Below, in pieces: positions 1 to 10,581 of a stretch of 64,000 nucleotides of DNA. The notes below the pieces were generated by a model. The model was not told the origin of the DNA and did not search any database. It saw only the letters and a program-made list of their open reading frames with translations. Numbering within the stretch: position 1 is the first letter of the stretch; each line of letters opens with the position of its first letter. Made by a program: the position numbers and the translations under genes. The DNA is taken from the NCBI GenBank assembly GCA_963766075.1, contig CAVYAN010000048.1:1-64000 (forward strand), in the 5' to 3' direction. This DNA comes from an uncultured cyanobacterium (GTDB lineage Bacteria; Cyanobacteriota; Cyanobacteriia; Leptolyngbyales; Leptolyngbyaceae).

Positions 1-1189
1 CGGCGCTTTTGCCGTCTGTTGAGGAAATTAAGGGCACAATCGTTCTAGTAGTTTTTCTATTCACATAGGCTGGAGGAGGCAAAGTGGGCTGCGAGTGCGG
101 CCACGATCCAAAATCTTCTAAGAATTGGAAGCTCAACTGAGAGGTTTCAAACTCTGGCCCATTAGGTTTAACAACAACTGGCAGGGTCGAATTAGTGGAT
201 GTAGCAGTGATCATTGAATCGTTTCCGCCGTATACCACTTTGCTCCGCATGAAGTGTGAGTAGGTCCACGAACCGGCAGGAGCGTACTTTAGTTCGTCCT
301 CCCAAACATAGGCAGCAACAGGAGTAAAGTTCCAATTGCCATTACTACTCGCGGATGACCCCGACGCATCTTCGGTGTAAGTCGTTGAACTGCCGCCGCC
401 GCCAGGGAAAGGCCCGTTATAAGATGCCGAGTACGGGCCGGTCGTAATTATGCCAGGTGGGGAGCTACTGGAAAAGCCCTCCATTAGTTCTTGATTGGCG
501 GTATTCCAAAGCCCGCCGCCGCCCCATCTCAGCCCTGGATAGTACAGATAATTCGTGTAAAGCGCCATGGGGGAGTAAAACGTCAAAACAGGGAGAGTGA
601 CGATCGCCTTACTTTTTTTGCGGAAGTTTATTATTTCCGTCTCGGCGGTTACTCTGTTGCGACGGCGGGCGTAACCGCCGATCCACTTGTCGCCTCCTAG
701 GTTGGTCAATCCCCCTGATCTGTAAGCAGTGGTTGCTCCAGTAATGAATCCAGTAATGAATTGGTTGCTGGATATTGTTTCAATTAAGGTCGGTTTTGGC
801 GTATGGCCGCCGACATACAGCTTGTAGGTGTATTCAATGCCAGTGAAGTTGGTTGCATCACCATAGAAGATTTTAATCTTCCCAAATTCCTCATCCGTTT
901 TTGGCCTCGCCTTCCGCAAGAACGTTGTATCCCGCGCCGCACCCTGCGACTCCGATGCGCTGGTCAAAACCCACTGCCCATCCTGAGTCTTAACCGCCGT
1001 CACATTCGGCGGCGCACAAACGCTGAACGCCTTGCCCTGCGCGGTATACGACTTGCCGTCCACGGGGTTGACGTAGGTGAATGTGACAGTCGCTCCAGGG
1101 GTTGCCGCCTGAAAAATCTTCCCTGACACCACCGTCACCGCTTGGGCGAACAGTGCCCGCAACGCCTTTTCGGCGTTCAGATCACTCAT
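1..1189 (-). CDS. Putative distal tail/fibre protein, 3' end outside window (not in ORF track)
   Basis: Translated by hand: ATG at 1189 (MSDLNAEKALRALFAQAVTVVSGKIF...), overlapping the glycosyltransferase stop, open to base 1. G/S/T-rich. Confidence 0.7.
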   Translation of the reverse strand, partial: MSDLNAEKALRALFAQAVTVVSGKIFQAATPGATVTFTYVNPVDGKSYTAQGKAFSVCAPPNVTAVKTQDGQWVLTSASESQGAARDTTFLRKARPKTDEEFGKIKIFYGDATNFTGIEYTYKLYVGGHTPKPTLIETISSNQFITGFITGATTAYRSGGLTNLGGDKWIGGYARRRNRVTAETEIINFRKKSKAIVTLPVLTFYSPMALYTNYLYYPGLRWGGGGLWNTANQELMEGFSSSSPPGIITTGPYSASYNGPFPGGGGSSTTYTEDASGSSASSNGNWNFTPVAAYVWEDELKYAPAGSWTYSHFMRSKVVYGGNDSMITATSTNSTLPVVVKPNGPEFETSQLSFQFLEDFGSWPHSQPTLPPPAYVNRKTTRTIVPLISSTDGKSA

Positions 1190-2639
1190 CTCTCTCAATC
1201 AGCCGAGGCTGAATCCACAGCCCTGACTTTGGCCCCAGGAAATGGGCAATCACCACAGGACTGCCAGAAGGGACGTAGTACTCCGCTATTCCGCCGCCGC
1301 CGATCATGTAGGCCCAAGTCCAGCGCAAAGTCGCCGGAAAGTTGTAAATCTCTGGCAACTTTACAACCTGGTGATACTGCAAGGTTCTGGCCAAAGCAAG
1401 TTGGTCAATCCGGCGAAAAATCCCCCACTCCTTACGCCAGGTGTCAAATATTTGGCGGGATTCCTCGCCCTTACGCCAGAGAAGCACCCCGCCATTAAAC
1501 TGGGTGCTCTCTGCTCCCAGCTCCGCAATGGTCATCTCTTTTTCCGCAGTACAGGCGTGAATACACTCGCCAACCGTAGGATACTCATCGACAGCCGCCG
1601 CAAAAGCGCGATCGCCCAAGACTTCCCAGAGTGGCTCTAAAGAGCCTCGGCAGAGGGTGTCGTTGTCCAAGTACAGCGACACCGTGAAGGGCGAGAACGT
1701 GTTAAGCGACATCTTCAACAGGCGCGATCGCTCAAAGTTGCTTTGCAGTGCCCCGCCTTCCCACTGGTCCGTATCTATTGGCAGGATAAAAATCCTGTAT
1801 TGGCAGTCAATTGGCGTCTGAGGCTGGTCTGTGACAATCAAGATTGACAGCTCTGGGTTGTGCTGGGCCACTGACTTTGCCGAGGCGATCGCCAACTGCA
1901 AATGCTTTCCCCCGATGGCTCCGTAGATGACCCCTCGGGGGAAATCCTGCATCCTGAGCGCCGGATTTTGCCGCATCCGCTGGGTAGCGTCTTCCACGGC
2001 CTGCAAATCTCTACTGATGTTGCCTTCGTGGGAGCGCCATGAGTAAAGGATTCGTGGCAGGTATTCGATGTCCCATTCGTTGTTGGCAATCCGCAGAACT
2101 ATTTCATAGTCTGGAATTGGCCCAGGATCGGTGCTAATTCCGCCCGTCAGCCGATAGGCTTCGGTGCGAATCAGCCGGAAATGGAACACCATGAAATTTT
2201 TGTTCAGCGCTTCCCGGCTGTAGGGCGTCTTAAACCGCATGCCCTGCCTCAAGAACTTGCCATCCTCGTCGATTTCATCGTACTGCGTGTAGACCAACCC
2301 AGCCGCTGGGACTGCCTGAAGCACCCTGTAGGTTTCCGCCAAGGCTTCTGGATGCAGCAAATCGTCACTGTCTACGATGCCAAAGAATTCAGTTTCGACC
2401 TTGGACAGGGCGAACTGTGTGGCTTTGGTGACACCTTGGCACTGCCATCCAGAAATCACCTCAATCCGATCATCCGTCTGGGCAAACCGTCGCGCAATAT
2501 CGAGACTGCTATCGGTGCTGCCATCATCAAGGATGAGGTAAACAAAATCTTGAAACGTCTGCGCTAGGACGCTTTCAATCGTCTCTGCGAGAAATTGCTC
2601 GCGATTGTGGACGCATGTAACGACTGTGATTGCTGTCAT
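1182..2639 (-). CDS. Two-domain glycosyltransferase (GT2-like N-terminus, GT8-like C-terminus)
   Basis: ITVVTCVHNRE, LDDGSTD and VDSDD motifs. Second domain has LYLDND, FNGGVL, DQLAL and YNF motifs. Confidence 0.85.
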   Translation of the reverse strand: MTAITVVTCVHNREQFLAETIESVLAQTFQDFVYLILDDGSTDSSLDIARRFAQTDDRIEVISGWQCQGVTKATQFALSKVETEFFGIVDSDDLLHPEALAETYRVLQAVPAAGLVYTQYDEIDEDGKFLRQGMRFKTPYSREALNKNFMVFHFRLIRTEAYRLTGGISTDPGPIPDYEIVLRIANNEWDIEYLPRILYSWRSHEGNISRDLQAVEDATQRMRQNPALRMQDFPRGVIYGAIGGKHLQLAIASAKSVAQHNPELSILIVTDQPQTPIDCQYRIFILPIDTDQWEGGALQSNFERSRLLKMSLNTFSPFTVSLYLDNDTLCRGSLEPLWEVLGDRAFAAAVDEYPTVGECIHACTAEKEMTIAELGAESTQFNGGVLLWRKGEESRQIFDTWRKEWGIFRRIDQLALARTLQYHQVVKLPEIYNFPATLRWTWAYMIGGGGIAEYYVPSGSPVVIAHFLGPKSGLWIQPRLIERDE

Positions 2640-2644
2640 GGCGG

Positions 2645-3403
2645 TTAAGGGGGGGTAAAAAGCGGAGTTATAGATAACTCCAGAGCTAGCCGCCGTGCGG
2701 AAACCTCCCGTTCCGTGGCGTACTCGCCTGGGTGCTCGGCATCCAGATAAGCCAGCAAATCCAGTGCGAAGCCTTGCCGGAACGACAGATTGTTTTGAAT
2801 GTCAGCGGTCGAAGCCTGCGGGAAATTGAACGTTAAGGCGTTGAAATCCACCCCAACAAAGTTGTATCCAGCCACCAGTCCAGCGAGCAGTAGGCGCTCA
2901 GTCAGGTTGCTGTCAAACGTTTCGTTCCATGGGTTCATCGTCAGGCGATCGCGCCGAATTAGCATGGCGTTGGCGTGGATTAGCCGCTCGCTTAGCAGCA
3001 GTCCCCGAATTGGGTCAAGCGGCTTAATCAAAAAGGGATCCAGTTGGTAGCCCAGTCGGTTGACAAAATAGTTTGCATAGAGCACATCAACCCCGGACTC
3101 AAGGGAATCCATGAACACGTCAAGGGCGTAGGGCAAGAACGCATTGCCCCCGTCCAGGTACAAAATCCAGTTTTGTTCGGCCAGTCCCAGTAGGAAGTTG
3201 CGCAGCACGCCCCGCGTCACGACTTCCTCGGAGGAATGCACATCCACCTCGGGGTAGCCTTGGGCAATCTCGACACTGCCGTCTGTGGAGCCGTTGTCGG
3301 CCAGGATGATTTCACTGGCACCCTGAGCGATCGCCGTCTCGATTGCATAGGCGATCGTCTCGGCGTTGTTCTGGCAGGTAATCAGGATTGAAACTGGGTG
3401 CAT
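2645..3403 (-). CDS. GT2-family glycosyltransferase, DxD degenerate (YLDGG)
   Basis: VSILITCQN and ADNGSTDGS motifs. Confidence 0.75.
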   Translation of the reverse strand: MHPVSILITCQNNAETIAYAIETAIAQGASEIILADNGSTDGSVEIAQGYPEVDVHSSEEVVTRGVLRNFLLGLAEQNWILYLDGGNAFLPYALDVFMDSLESGVDVLYANYFVNRLGYQLDPFLIKPLDPIRGLLLSERLIHANAMLIRRDRLTMNPWNETFDSNLTERLLLAGLVAGYNFVGVDFNALTFNFPQASTADIQNNLSFRQGFALDLLAYLDAEHPGEYATEREVSARRLALELSITPLFTPP

Positions 3404-3909
3404 TAGAGATACCTCACTGAAGGGAGTCCAACTGGCCGCAGAGCCCCGCTAGCACGGTTGACCACTGAAAGAGTTGTAGTTGTGCCATCAGGCTTGTGGA
3501 ATAGAAAATCAATGGCACCCGGTCCCGCCGAGTCGCCAGGGGGCCGCTCGGGCTTCCGCTCAATTGCGACAAACTCAAACGATCCTCGGGCGGTGGTAAT
3601 GATGCCGAAATAGCCCTCATCCCGCCACTCTTCAAACGACTGTACAACCACCATGGCAGGCAGATAGCCCACCACTGTGGGCTGACCAATACCAGTGAGG
3701 ATGCCGCTATTGAGTGGGGCCAGTGTTGTCGCTCCCCCACCTAAAGTAAGGACGATTTGACCTTCGACAGCCACCTTCTTTGTGAACAAAAAGGCTCCGC
3801 GATAGTCCACGATTTCGCCAAAATATCCCCCCGAGTAGGTTTCTTTGAAATGCTGCCGAAACACCATTGCGCGAGGGCGGCGCGGCTCAACAAATCCGAG
3901 TGGCCTCAT
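3403..3909 (-). CDS. Hypothetical tail-region protein
   Basis: 168 aa, start/stop coupled to both neighbours. Confidence 0.6.
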   Translation of the reverse strand: MRPLGFVEPRRPRAMVFRQHFKETYSGGYFGEIVDYRGAFLFTKKVAVEGQIVLTLGGGATTLAPLNSGILTGIGQPTVVGYLPAMVVVQSFEEWRDEGYFGIITTARGSFEFVAIERKPERPPGDSAGPGAIDFLFHKPDGTTTTLSVVNRASGALRPVGLPSVRYL

Positions 3910-4283
3910 TCAGTAATCTCCCTCAATTCGTGTACCCAGCCAGTCACCAAGACAGGTTGGCTAGAGAGTGCTCTGACCTCCAACCCTCCCGTCAGGATGT
4001 GCCCAGCGCGAACATTGTAGATCCCCTGACGGAAGGGGATGATCACCATTTCGGTGTCTTCCTCTTCCGTTCCACCCCAGTAAAGCGTGACCTCTTGATC
4101 CTCAATGCCGTTGTTGATGATTCCGAGGTAAATTTCGTGAATTAACCGTTCGGTGGTCCCCGGATCGTAGGAAGGGGTTACATCCTCTGGCACCAAGTGG
4201 ATCAAGGTTGAACTTGTGCCGATCGGGATATTTCTTCCACTACTTGACGCTGAAAGATGTAATTTTCTGCCTTGTAGAATCAT
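3906..4283 (-). CDS. Hypothetical tail-region protein
   Basis: 125 aa, ATGA overlaps on both sides. Confidence 0.6.
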   Translation of the reverse strand: MILQGRKLHLSASSSGRNIPIGTSSTLIHLVPEDVTPSYDPGTTERLIHEIYLGIINNGIEDQEVTLYWGGTEEEDTEMVIIPFRQGIYNVRAGHILTGGLEVRALSSQPVLVTGWVHELREITE

Positions 4284-6508
4284 GCAAAACTCCTGTTGAC
4301 GATGATATTTCCGCCACTGCCACCGCCACTGCCACCACTGCCACCGACAGGCACTGTCGCGCCATTGCTAGGATAGCGCTGCCGTAGAACCCCGTCTTCG
4401 CCTATAAACAGCGCGTGCTCGCCCGCAGCCGTGCTCGGCACAGATGACACCCCCGTCAACCTAACGGCATCCTGCGCGGGCACCACTGCCCACTCTCCAG
4501 GGCTACCCTCGGGGACGGCACTGGGTCGCACAGATTTTGCCGTCGCGCTGTCATCGTCGCTTGCCACCCTGTAGCTGAACCTGTACAGCAGGAATTGCCC
4601 CCCCACATCTTCTACGGCTCGCACTTGGCGAGGGAAGCACTTGCTCAAGGGTATGGCCCTCAAGGCTGCCAGGTCGGCTTGAGGTTCCCCCCAGGCCCGG
4701 ACAGCGTTTTCCAATTCCACTAGCGTCATCCCCCGAGTGGGGATGCATCCCTCAAGGGGGCTGTGGCTGATGCGGCTGACTGTGGAGCCATCGTACTGGA
4801 AGGCGTAGGCAACGCGAACCACGCCCGCTGGGAAGCTGCCGACAAGTTGGCTGGTTGCCGCCGCTGAAACGGGTTGGAAAAAGCCAAAATTCTCCGCTTC
4901 CGGATCAAGGGTCACAATAGTGCCATCGGTCCAGCTCGCGATTGAAATTTGCTGGCTAGCGCCATCCGCCAGCAGAAAATCCTCAAACTTCCGAACAATA
5001 GTCGTCTCTTCTACGGTCAGCTCCACATACACAGTGACAAACCGTGGATTTAGCTCGGCGTTAGCATTTCCGGCGAGCAAGTTGTCTGGATAGTCGCTCC
5101 GAATTGTTGCCTTACTGCCGTCAGACGGGTAAGTCAGGGTGGCGAGGATTCCACCGCCAGTAATGGTTATCGGCGCACTAAAGGCACAGGGCAAGCTGAT
5201 TCCCGCCTGCAAATCAACGATCGCCCGAACTTTTTCCGACTCCAAAATTGTTCCTAAACCTAGGAACACCGAGCCGTTTTGGTTGATCCGAATTTGTCGC
5301 CCTGTGGTATTGGAGGGCAATCCTGGCACGATTGTGGGTGCGATCGCTTTGAAGTTCCGACTGTTCACCTGCCCACTACGCTTTAGAACCTTGACACTTG
5401 CCCCTTTGATCGGAACGCAAGCCCCCGGCTGTGTCGAGGATAGAGCGTCGCCCAAGTCTTCCCCGTTAGGGTTAAAAGAGCCCGCCTGCGGCGCAATAAA
5501 CGGGATGACTTTAACCGTGCTACCCTCTAGAACCTCCCCCCCAAGATACTCGGGGCGGAAGTTGGGGTACACCTCCAAAACGTAGGCTTCCCCGGACTGT
5601 AAATCGTCTTGAAAAACGACATCTCCGTTCTGGTTTTCAAATAAGATTTCCTGATCTAAGCCGACAAACGCCTCACCGTCGATGGTTGTCCGCAGGGTGC
5701 CCGCACTGCTGTTGGCATAGCCACGAAACACCAGGCGCAACATCCCCGCAAACAGCTCTGAGCGCGGAACGTTGTTGAGGGTGACTGCCAACATCACCCG
5801 TTGACCCGCAGGAATGGCATCATCACCACGGTTGTTCAGCCAGAACACCATGGCCGGTCCATTACTCCCATCGCCGGAGTAGGCTGCTCCAGGCACAGAC
5901 TCTTCAGACAGGTAGCGTACATCCTGGGCACATCCCCCCGCCGCTGCCGTGTCTGCCACGTTGGTGTTAAACGTGTTAACCCGCAGCCAGCGCCCTTCCG
6001 CTGCTGACAGCACGTCTACTCCAACAGCAGCGGCGCTGCCTGGGGTGTATTCAAAAATCCCGCTGGCGCTGGTCACCCCCCGCCGCTGCCCCGGCGCAGG
6101 GCTCTCAGGCAAAAGCGATGGCGTGGTCACCGTCACCCCTAGGCTTAGGTCATCATCCGTGACCAGATAGACAACCAGTGGAAATGACCGCAGCTCCCCT
6201 GTGGGACCGAACACGGGCACCTTGGCAAGCTGCTTCATGTCGGCCAGGGTAGCGCTGGAGCCGCCAGAAATCACAAAATGAGTCCACCCCTCCCCAGCCA
6301 GCCGGAAGCTCGATGGGATGGTCACCCTGACGCCCTCACCCGCTTCTATGTTCACAGCCACTGGAGTGGAGGGAATGTTGCTCCCGGCTGGATTCCCTCC
6401 CTGAATTGTCAAGTACAGAGAGCGGGCGATCGTCGAACTGCCCTCAACCACCTCTGTCTGGATTGATGGCAGCGTGGCCCTTCCGTGAGCGAGTTGAGGA
6501 GTTAGCAT
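4280..6508 (-). CDS. Putative tail fibre/baseplate protein
   Basis: 742 aa, beta-rich, ADLAALRAI fibre-like motif and Gly/Ser linker near the C-terminus, in the distal tail position. Confidence 0.55.
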   Translation of the reverse strand: MLTPQLAHGRATLPSIQTEVVEGSSTIARSLYLTIQGGNPAGSNIPSTPVAVNIEAGEGVRVTIPSSFRLAGEGWTHFVISGGSSATLADMKQLAKVPVFGPTGELRSFPLVVYLVTDDDLSLGVTVTTPSLLPESPAPGQRRGVTSASGIFEYTPGSAAAVGVDVLSAAEGRWLRVNTFNTNVADTAAAGGCAQDVRYLSEESVPGAAYSGDGSNGPAMVFWLNNRGDDAIPAGQRVMLAVTLNNVPRSELFAGMLRLVFRGYANSSAGTLRTTIDGEAFVGLDQEILFENQNGDVVFQDDLQSGEAYVLEVYPNFRPEYLGGEVLEGSTVKVIPFIAPQAGSFNPNGEDLGDALSSTQPGACVPIKGASVKVLKRSGQVNSRNFKAIAPTIVPGLPSNTTGRQIRINQNGSVFLGLGTILESEKVRAIVDLQAGISLPCAFSAPITITGGGILATLTYPSDGSKATIRSDYPDNLLAGNANAELNPRFVTVYVELTVEETTIVRKFEDFLLADGASQQISIASWTDGTIVTLDPEAENFGFFQPVSAAATSQLVGSFPAGVVRVAYAFQYDGSTVSRISHSPLEGCIPTRGMTLVELENAVRAWGEPQADLAALRAIPLSKCFPRQVRAVEDVGGQFLLYRFSYRVASDDDSATAKSVRPSAVPEGSPGEWAVVPAQDAVRLTGVSSVPSTAAGEHALFIGEDGVLRQRYPSNGATVPVGGSGGSGGGSGGNIIVNRSFA

Positions 6509-7005
6509 TTTGCACCCTTTGCTTTAAGTTCGTTTCGGCGCTGCCGAAGTTCCAGAATGATGCTATGAATCATCGGCTCACTTTTCCCTTGAGCCTGAAG
6601 TGCTTCGTTGATAAGCGCTTCAATCTGGTAGGCGTAAGCCTTGGCAATCCTCTGAAGTCCCGACAGGAGAAACTCTTCAGGCGTGTACATCTGCGTCATT
6701 TCAGCAGTCGTGACATGCTGAAAAAATTGAATCTCTGGATACCTAAAATCTGGTGACGCCCTCATTTCCTGCAAGACTTCTGCCAGTTTCTCTGGATTAA
6801 AGTCAAAGGTTTTGTGGAATTGCTTGAGCGCTGTCATGTGCAGTCGCCATTCTTCGGCCTCTGAAGCCGTTTGCAAGTGTCTCGCAGCCATTTCAGCCGC
6901 AGTGACGGGGTGCAACAAAATGGAAACGGGCAGGTGGTCACCTGTCAAAAGAACCGAAAAATTACCAGCAGCGTCAACAAAATGTTCAGCCTTAATCGGT
7001 TCCAT
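6502..7005 (-). CDS. Hypothetical protein
   Basis: ORF 6502..7020; likely start MEPIKAE; co-oriented in the operon. Confidence 0.55.
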   Translation of the reverse strand: MEPIKAEHFVDAAGNFSVLLTGDHLPVSILLHPVTAAEMAARHLQTASEAEEWRLHMTALKQFHKTFDFNPEKLAEVLQEMRASPDFRYPEIQFFQHVTTAEMTQMYTPEEFLLSGLQRIAKAYAYQIEALINEALQAQGKSEPMIHSIILELRQRRNELKAKGAKC

Positions 7006-7044
7006 GGTGCCTCTACGCAACTGATTGCCAACTATTTTAGCCGA

Positions 7045-7221
7045 TTATCGGATTCCGCCGCTTGAGGATTGGGCCTTTTGGGCGTTTCCCCGCGCGATCG
7101 CCATGACTTTTCCAGCCGCTTTGATATTGAGGGTTTGTCCTCCGTTGGTGATGTTTGCTGTCGGGTTGTTGGCCAACTTAATTAACAGCATTTCAACTTC
7201 TGCCTGGGTCCGGTTTGCCAT
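7045..7221 (-). CDS. Small hypothetical protein, 58 aa (not in ORF track)
   Basis: MANRTQAEVEMLLIKLANNP...; TAATG overlap with the upstream stop; fills the operon gap. Confidence 0.6.
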   Translation of the reverse strand: MANRTQAEVEMLLIKLANNPTANITNGGQTLNIKAAGKVMAIARGNAQKAQSSSGGIR

Positions 7222-10061
7222 TAGTAACTTCCTCGGCGCGATACTTTTGCCGCAAATCGTTCTACTTCATCCAGAATGCCCAGCGTTGCAATGCCGCTAT
7301 TACCGGGCGTTCCCACTTTAGGCTCCTGGGGTAGCGATCGCTGTTCAACCGCCAATGGCACGCGGCGTGATAAACCGCCAGAAATTTTTGTGCCTTCCAC
7401 GCACGTCACCAATGGGGCACCGTTAACAGCTCCCTGGAGGCTGACGGACTGGGAGATCCGCACAACCGAAATAAGGTAAGTTTCCCCCAGCATGTTGAAC
7501 ACGTTGGCTCTGATTAGGTCTAGGGGCCGCATAGCAGCATTAAAGGGCACTTCAAAATTGAACTCAACAGACCCCTTCACGTCTTCTAGGAAATAGTTCG
7601 TTTCCACGCCGCGCAGAGCCTGGGTGCGGTACCGAGCTAAGGGGAAATCCAAGGTTTGATCGGACGTGTTGAGAGCGCTGTAGCCCGGTGTCGAGACTAC
7701 CCATTCCTTTGTGGGGTCGTTGGGGTTGGCCTGCCCGTTGGCAACGTCATTTGCGGCAACGGGTTCCTCTTTTTCGTAGCGGTTAGGCACCCTCGGTGCG
7801 GGTCCGGGCCGTCCAGCAAATGTTTCAAACCGCCGCTGTTCGGTAACTTCTCCGAACCCTGGACCCTGCGCCGAATGGGTATAAGAGCGAGAAATGTACA
7901 AATCCCTATCTTCTGTGGATGCAATTTCTAGGCCACTAGCGCTATACGTCCACTTGCGGGCTGCTGACGGGATGACCTCGATCGCCGTCACAATGTTCAT
8001 TTCTTGCCCAATGGTCACGTCAGGTAGGCGCACCTCTCCCGCCGTAATTGTTGTGCCATTGTCTGGATTAGGCCGACTGGCAAAACTGAGCCGCAGCTCC
8101 CGCGACATCAGTTCAAACATGGGCCGCGCATAGTTCGGATCAACAATCGCGATCAATGACGAGCTGCCGTCAGGGTTGCAGACCTTCTGAACGTCATAGG
8201 GTGGAGTCTCCTTCTGGGCATCCAGGTAGTAACTGGCGTACTGCACCAGCAAGCTACCCTTGATTTGGATGTGGGGCAGCCAAAAATATTCATACAGCGA
8301 TCGCTCCAGTCTATTTTCATCGCCGTCGAGCCCTTGATACTCCAAGTTGTCCGATTCCTGCTTGAATCGGGTCAAAGTCTGGCCGATGGTAATGGAGCCG
8401 AGCACGTAGCCCGTATCGTCGTCTACGATCGCCTCGGTCGTTTCTTCCTCAATCAGCTTCCAAAAAGGAGATGCCGGGGCAAAGATGCGATCGCCGCCAC
8501 TGGGGTCCGGCGATTTCACCTCCGTGGACAGGTAGGCAAATCCATAGCGACGGCGCTGGCGACGGCGCTCAAACCCGTCGATCAAGGTCACCTCAACCAC
8601 TTCTGAAGTCCGCCCCGAGGCGTCATGGTTGAGGCTCATGTTCCTGATGGTCTGCACATCTGGCGGTGGCTGACTGGCGTTGATGTCGCCAGACGCTAGG
8701 GTTCGGGTGATTTGCTCCTTGCGCTTCCAGCGAACCTGCGGCGGCGATTTGGCCGCCTGCAAGTCTTCTGCTTGATCGGGATAGGGGACCGTCATGAACC
8801 GCCCTGTAATTTTGGCGGCGCGGTACTGCACCGCCAAGCCAAAGTAGCCATCAACAAACCGGCAATCCCCCTTGGCGCTCCATTGCAGCTCCAAGATGGT
8901 GTAGTCCCAAGGCCGCACATCGTCAATGCTGCGAGCCAGGACGGCGCTGGGGTTGGTGTAGTCCACAAAGCAGCCATTTTGCCGCAGCAGGCTGCCCATG
9001 GTGTCCTGCCAACTCACGGTGCTCGTGCGACTGGCATCTTGCGGAATAGGCACCTCCCAAGCTTGATAGTCAGACTTGAGGCGGTTTTTGGGCTGCTGGA
9101 ATAGGGCGGTTTGCAGAGGTAGGCCCAGACTCATGGCGATCTGCTGGTTGGTTTCCGTCACCAGTGGGGGATTGTAGCCAACAAACGGCACGCCCACCTG
9201 GCCCGCCAGCTCGCCCACAGAAACCTTGTAGCGGCGCACGCCGGGGGCAAATCCAGCAGCAGCTCCAGTGGTACTTTGAATCGCGCAGTCGGGGTCTTTC
9301 TGGAAGGTGCTGGGCGCTTCGCCACTGGCACTGGGCCAGTAAAAACTAGGGTCGCGGTACTGCCGCTTGTCCCATACCCCCGTTAACCCAATCTGCACGT
9401 CAAACGCCCCGCCAGGGTTCTCGCGGGTGTTCAGAATCGTTTCCGAGTATCCCGAAACGACAAACCGCAGCCCCGCAAATGTGATTTCACTGCCGTCACG
9501 GAAGCGCGATCGCACCTCTTGAATGACCGACAGTCCATCAACCTGCATTTTGATTGACCCACTGGGGTGGTTTTCCAGCTCCAGATCCCAGTCCACCGTC
9601 GCCTGCACCGGCAAATTGTCAAACACAGAGAACAAGAAGGGGTCCACCCGATCCGTGGGAATGGCCTCGTTAAACTGCTGCCCCAGCACCTGCACGGGTA
9701 GACTCGCCTCCAAGGGAGTGGATGAGAACAGGGAGATAGTGTCGCCTTGCACCAAAAACTCCCCGTCCTGGGGGAAACCCGAGCCTTTTGCTAGCGTGAA
9801 GGTGCGGCCATTGTGCTGGATGACGCCGATCGTCAGGTTTGACAGCCCTGGAATGGTGAAGCTGTACCCGTCTTCAGACAAAAATGATTCAAGCAGGACC
9901 GGCTCAGTACCCGTCAGCACACCAGGTTTTTGATAATTTGCCCCGTACTCAACTCGCAGTAGGGAGGGCATTGACAATCCGGAGTTCCAGTTAAACAAGG
10001 GGGCACCCCCTGAAGCTGTTGGGGCTGGGCCTGTCACGGGATAATCAGTTAAGGTCCACAT
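7221..10061 (-). CDS. Putative tail tip/baseplate hub protein
   Basis: Long ORF downstream of the tape measure. Likely start MWTLTDY at 10061 (the track start 10229 overlaps the upstream gene). Confidence 0.55.
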   Translation of the reverse strand: MWTLTDYPVTGPAPTASGGAPLFNWNSGLSMPSLLRVEYGANYQKPGVLTGTEPVLLESFLSEDGYSFTIPGLSNLTIGVIQHNGRTFTLAKGSGFPQDGEFLVQGDTISLFSSTPLEASLPVQVLGQQFNEAIPTDRVDPFLFSVFDNLPVQATVDWDLELENHPSGSIKMQVDGLSVIQEVRSRFRDGSEITFAGLRFVVSGYSETILNTRENPGGAFDVQIGLTGVWDKRQYRDPSFYWPSASGEAPSTFQKDPDCAIQSTTGAAAGFAPGVRRYKVSVGELAGQVGVPFVGYNPPLVTETNQQIAMSLGLPLQTALFQQPKNRLKSDYQAWEVPIPQDASRTSTVSWQDTMGSLLRQNGCFVDYTNPSAVLARSIDDVRPWDYTILELQWSAKGDCRFVDGYFGLAVQYRAAKITGRFMTVPYPDQAEDLQAAKSPPQVRWKRKEQITRTLASGDINASQPPPDVQTIRNMSLNHDASGRTSEVVEVTLIDGFERRRQRRRYGFAYLSTEVKSPDPSGGDRIFAPASPFWKLIEEETTEAIVDDDTGYVLGSITIGQTLTRFKQESDNLEYQGLDGDENRLERSLYEYFWLPHIQIKGSLLVQYASYYLDAQKETPPYDVQKVCNPDGSSSLIAIVDPNYARPMFELMSRELRLSFASRPNPDNGTTITAGEVRLPDVTIGQEMNIVTAIEVIPSAARKWTYSASGLEIASTEDRDLYISRSYTHSAQGPGFGEVTEQRRFETFAGRPGPAPRVPNRYEKEEPVAANDVANGQANPNDPTKEWVVSTPGYSALNTSDQTLDFPLARYRTQALRGVETNYFLEDVKGSVEFNFEVPFNAAMRPLDLIRANVFNMLGETYLISVVRISQSVSLQGAVNGAPLVTCVEGTKISGGLSRRVPLAVEQRSLPQEPKVGTPGNSGIATLGILDEVERFAAKVSRRGSY

Positions 10062-10557
10062 TGTACTTTTTTGTTGTGATGAATAGGGTCGCCCTGTCCA
10101 GCTCTTCAGCGTAGTGTTGTAGTGCGTTCTCAAACGCCTCAGTCGATACCTCATCGCCGCAGAAACGTAGCCAATACGCCCTGAGCGCCGCCACAGATTC
10201 CGCATTTGATTTTTTGCGGATTTCCTCAAGGTCGATCACGTTGGGCAGTTGAGGGGATCGGCTCTTTGTGTGAGCCCTGGTTTCTGCCATCATTGGCGGA
10301 ATCTCTTTGGGATCCACCTCCATGACCTCTTTCAACCAGTGCAGCAAAAAAGCGTCGGCGCTGGCAGCAAAGCTGACCTCAATCATGCCAAAAGCCATGC
10401 TCAGGGCCGATCCACCTGGAATCATAAAGGAGTTGCCATCAATATCTAATTCAACTCCAGGGATGTGACCCTCAATGAGTTGAAGCCGAATGCCAACTTT
10501 TTTAATCGAACGACACCGATTGCCGCCGAAGCGAAACATACCTTTTTTGCGCCGCAT
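10045..10557 (-). CDS. Hypothetical protein
   Basis: 170 aa, co-oriented in the operon. Confidence 0.55.
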   Translation of the reverse strand: MRRKKGMFRFGGNRCRSIKKVGIRLQLIEGHIPGVELDIDGNSFMIPGGSALSMAFGMIEVSFAASADAFLLHWLKEVMEVDPKEIPPMMAETRAHTKSRSPQLPNVIDLEEIRKKSNAESVAALRAYWLRFCGDEVSTEAFENALQHYAEELDRATLFITTKKYNVDLN

Positions 10558-10581
10558 AAGCCCTCCAATGTCAGAGTTATT

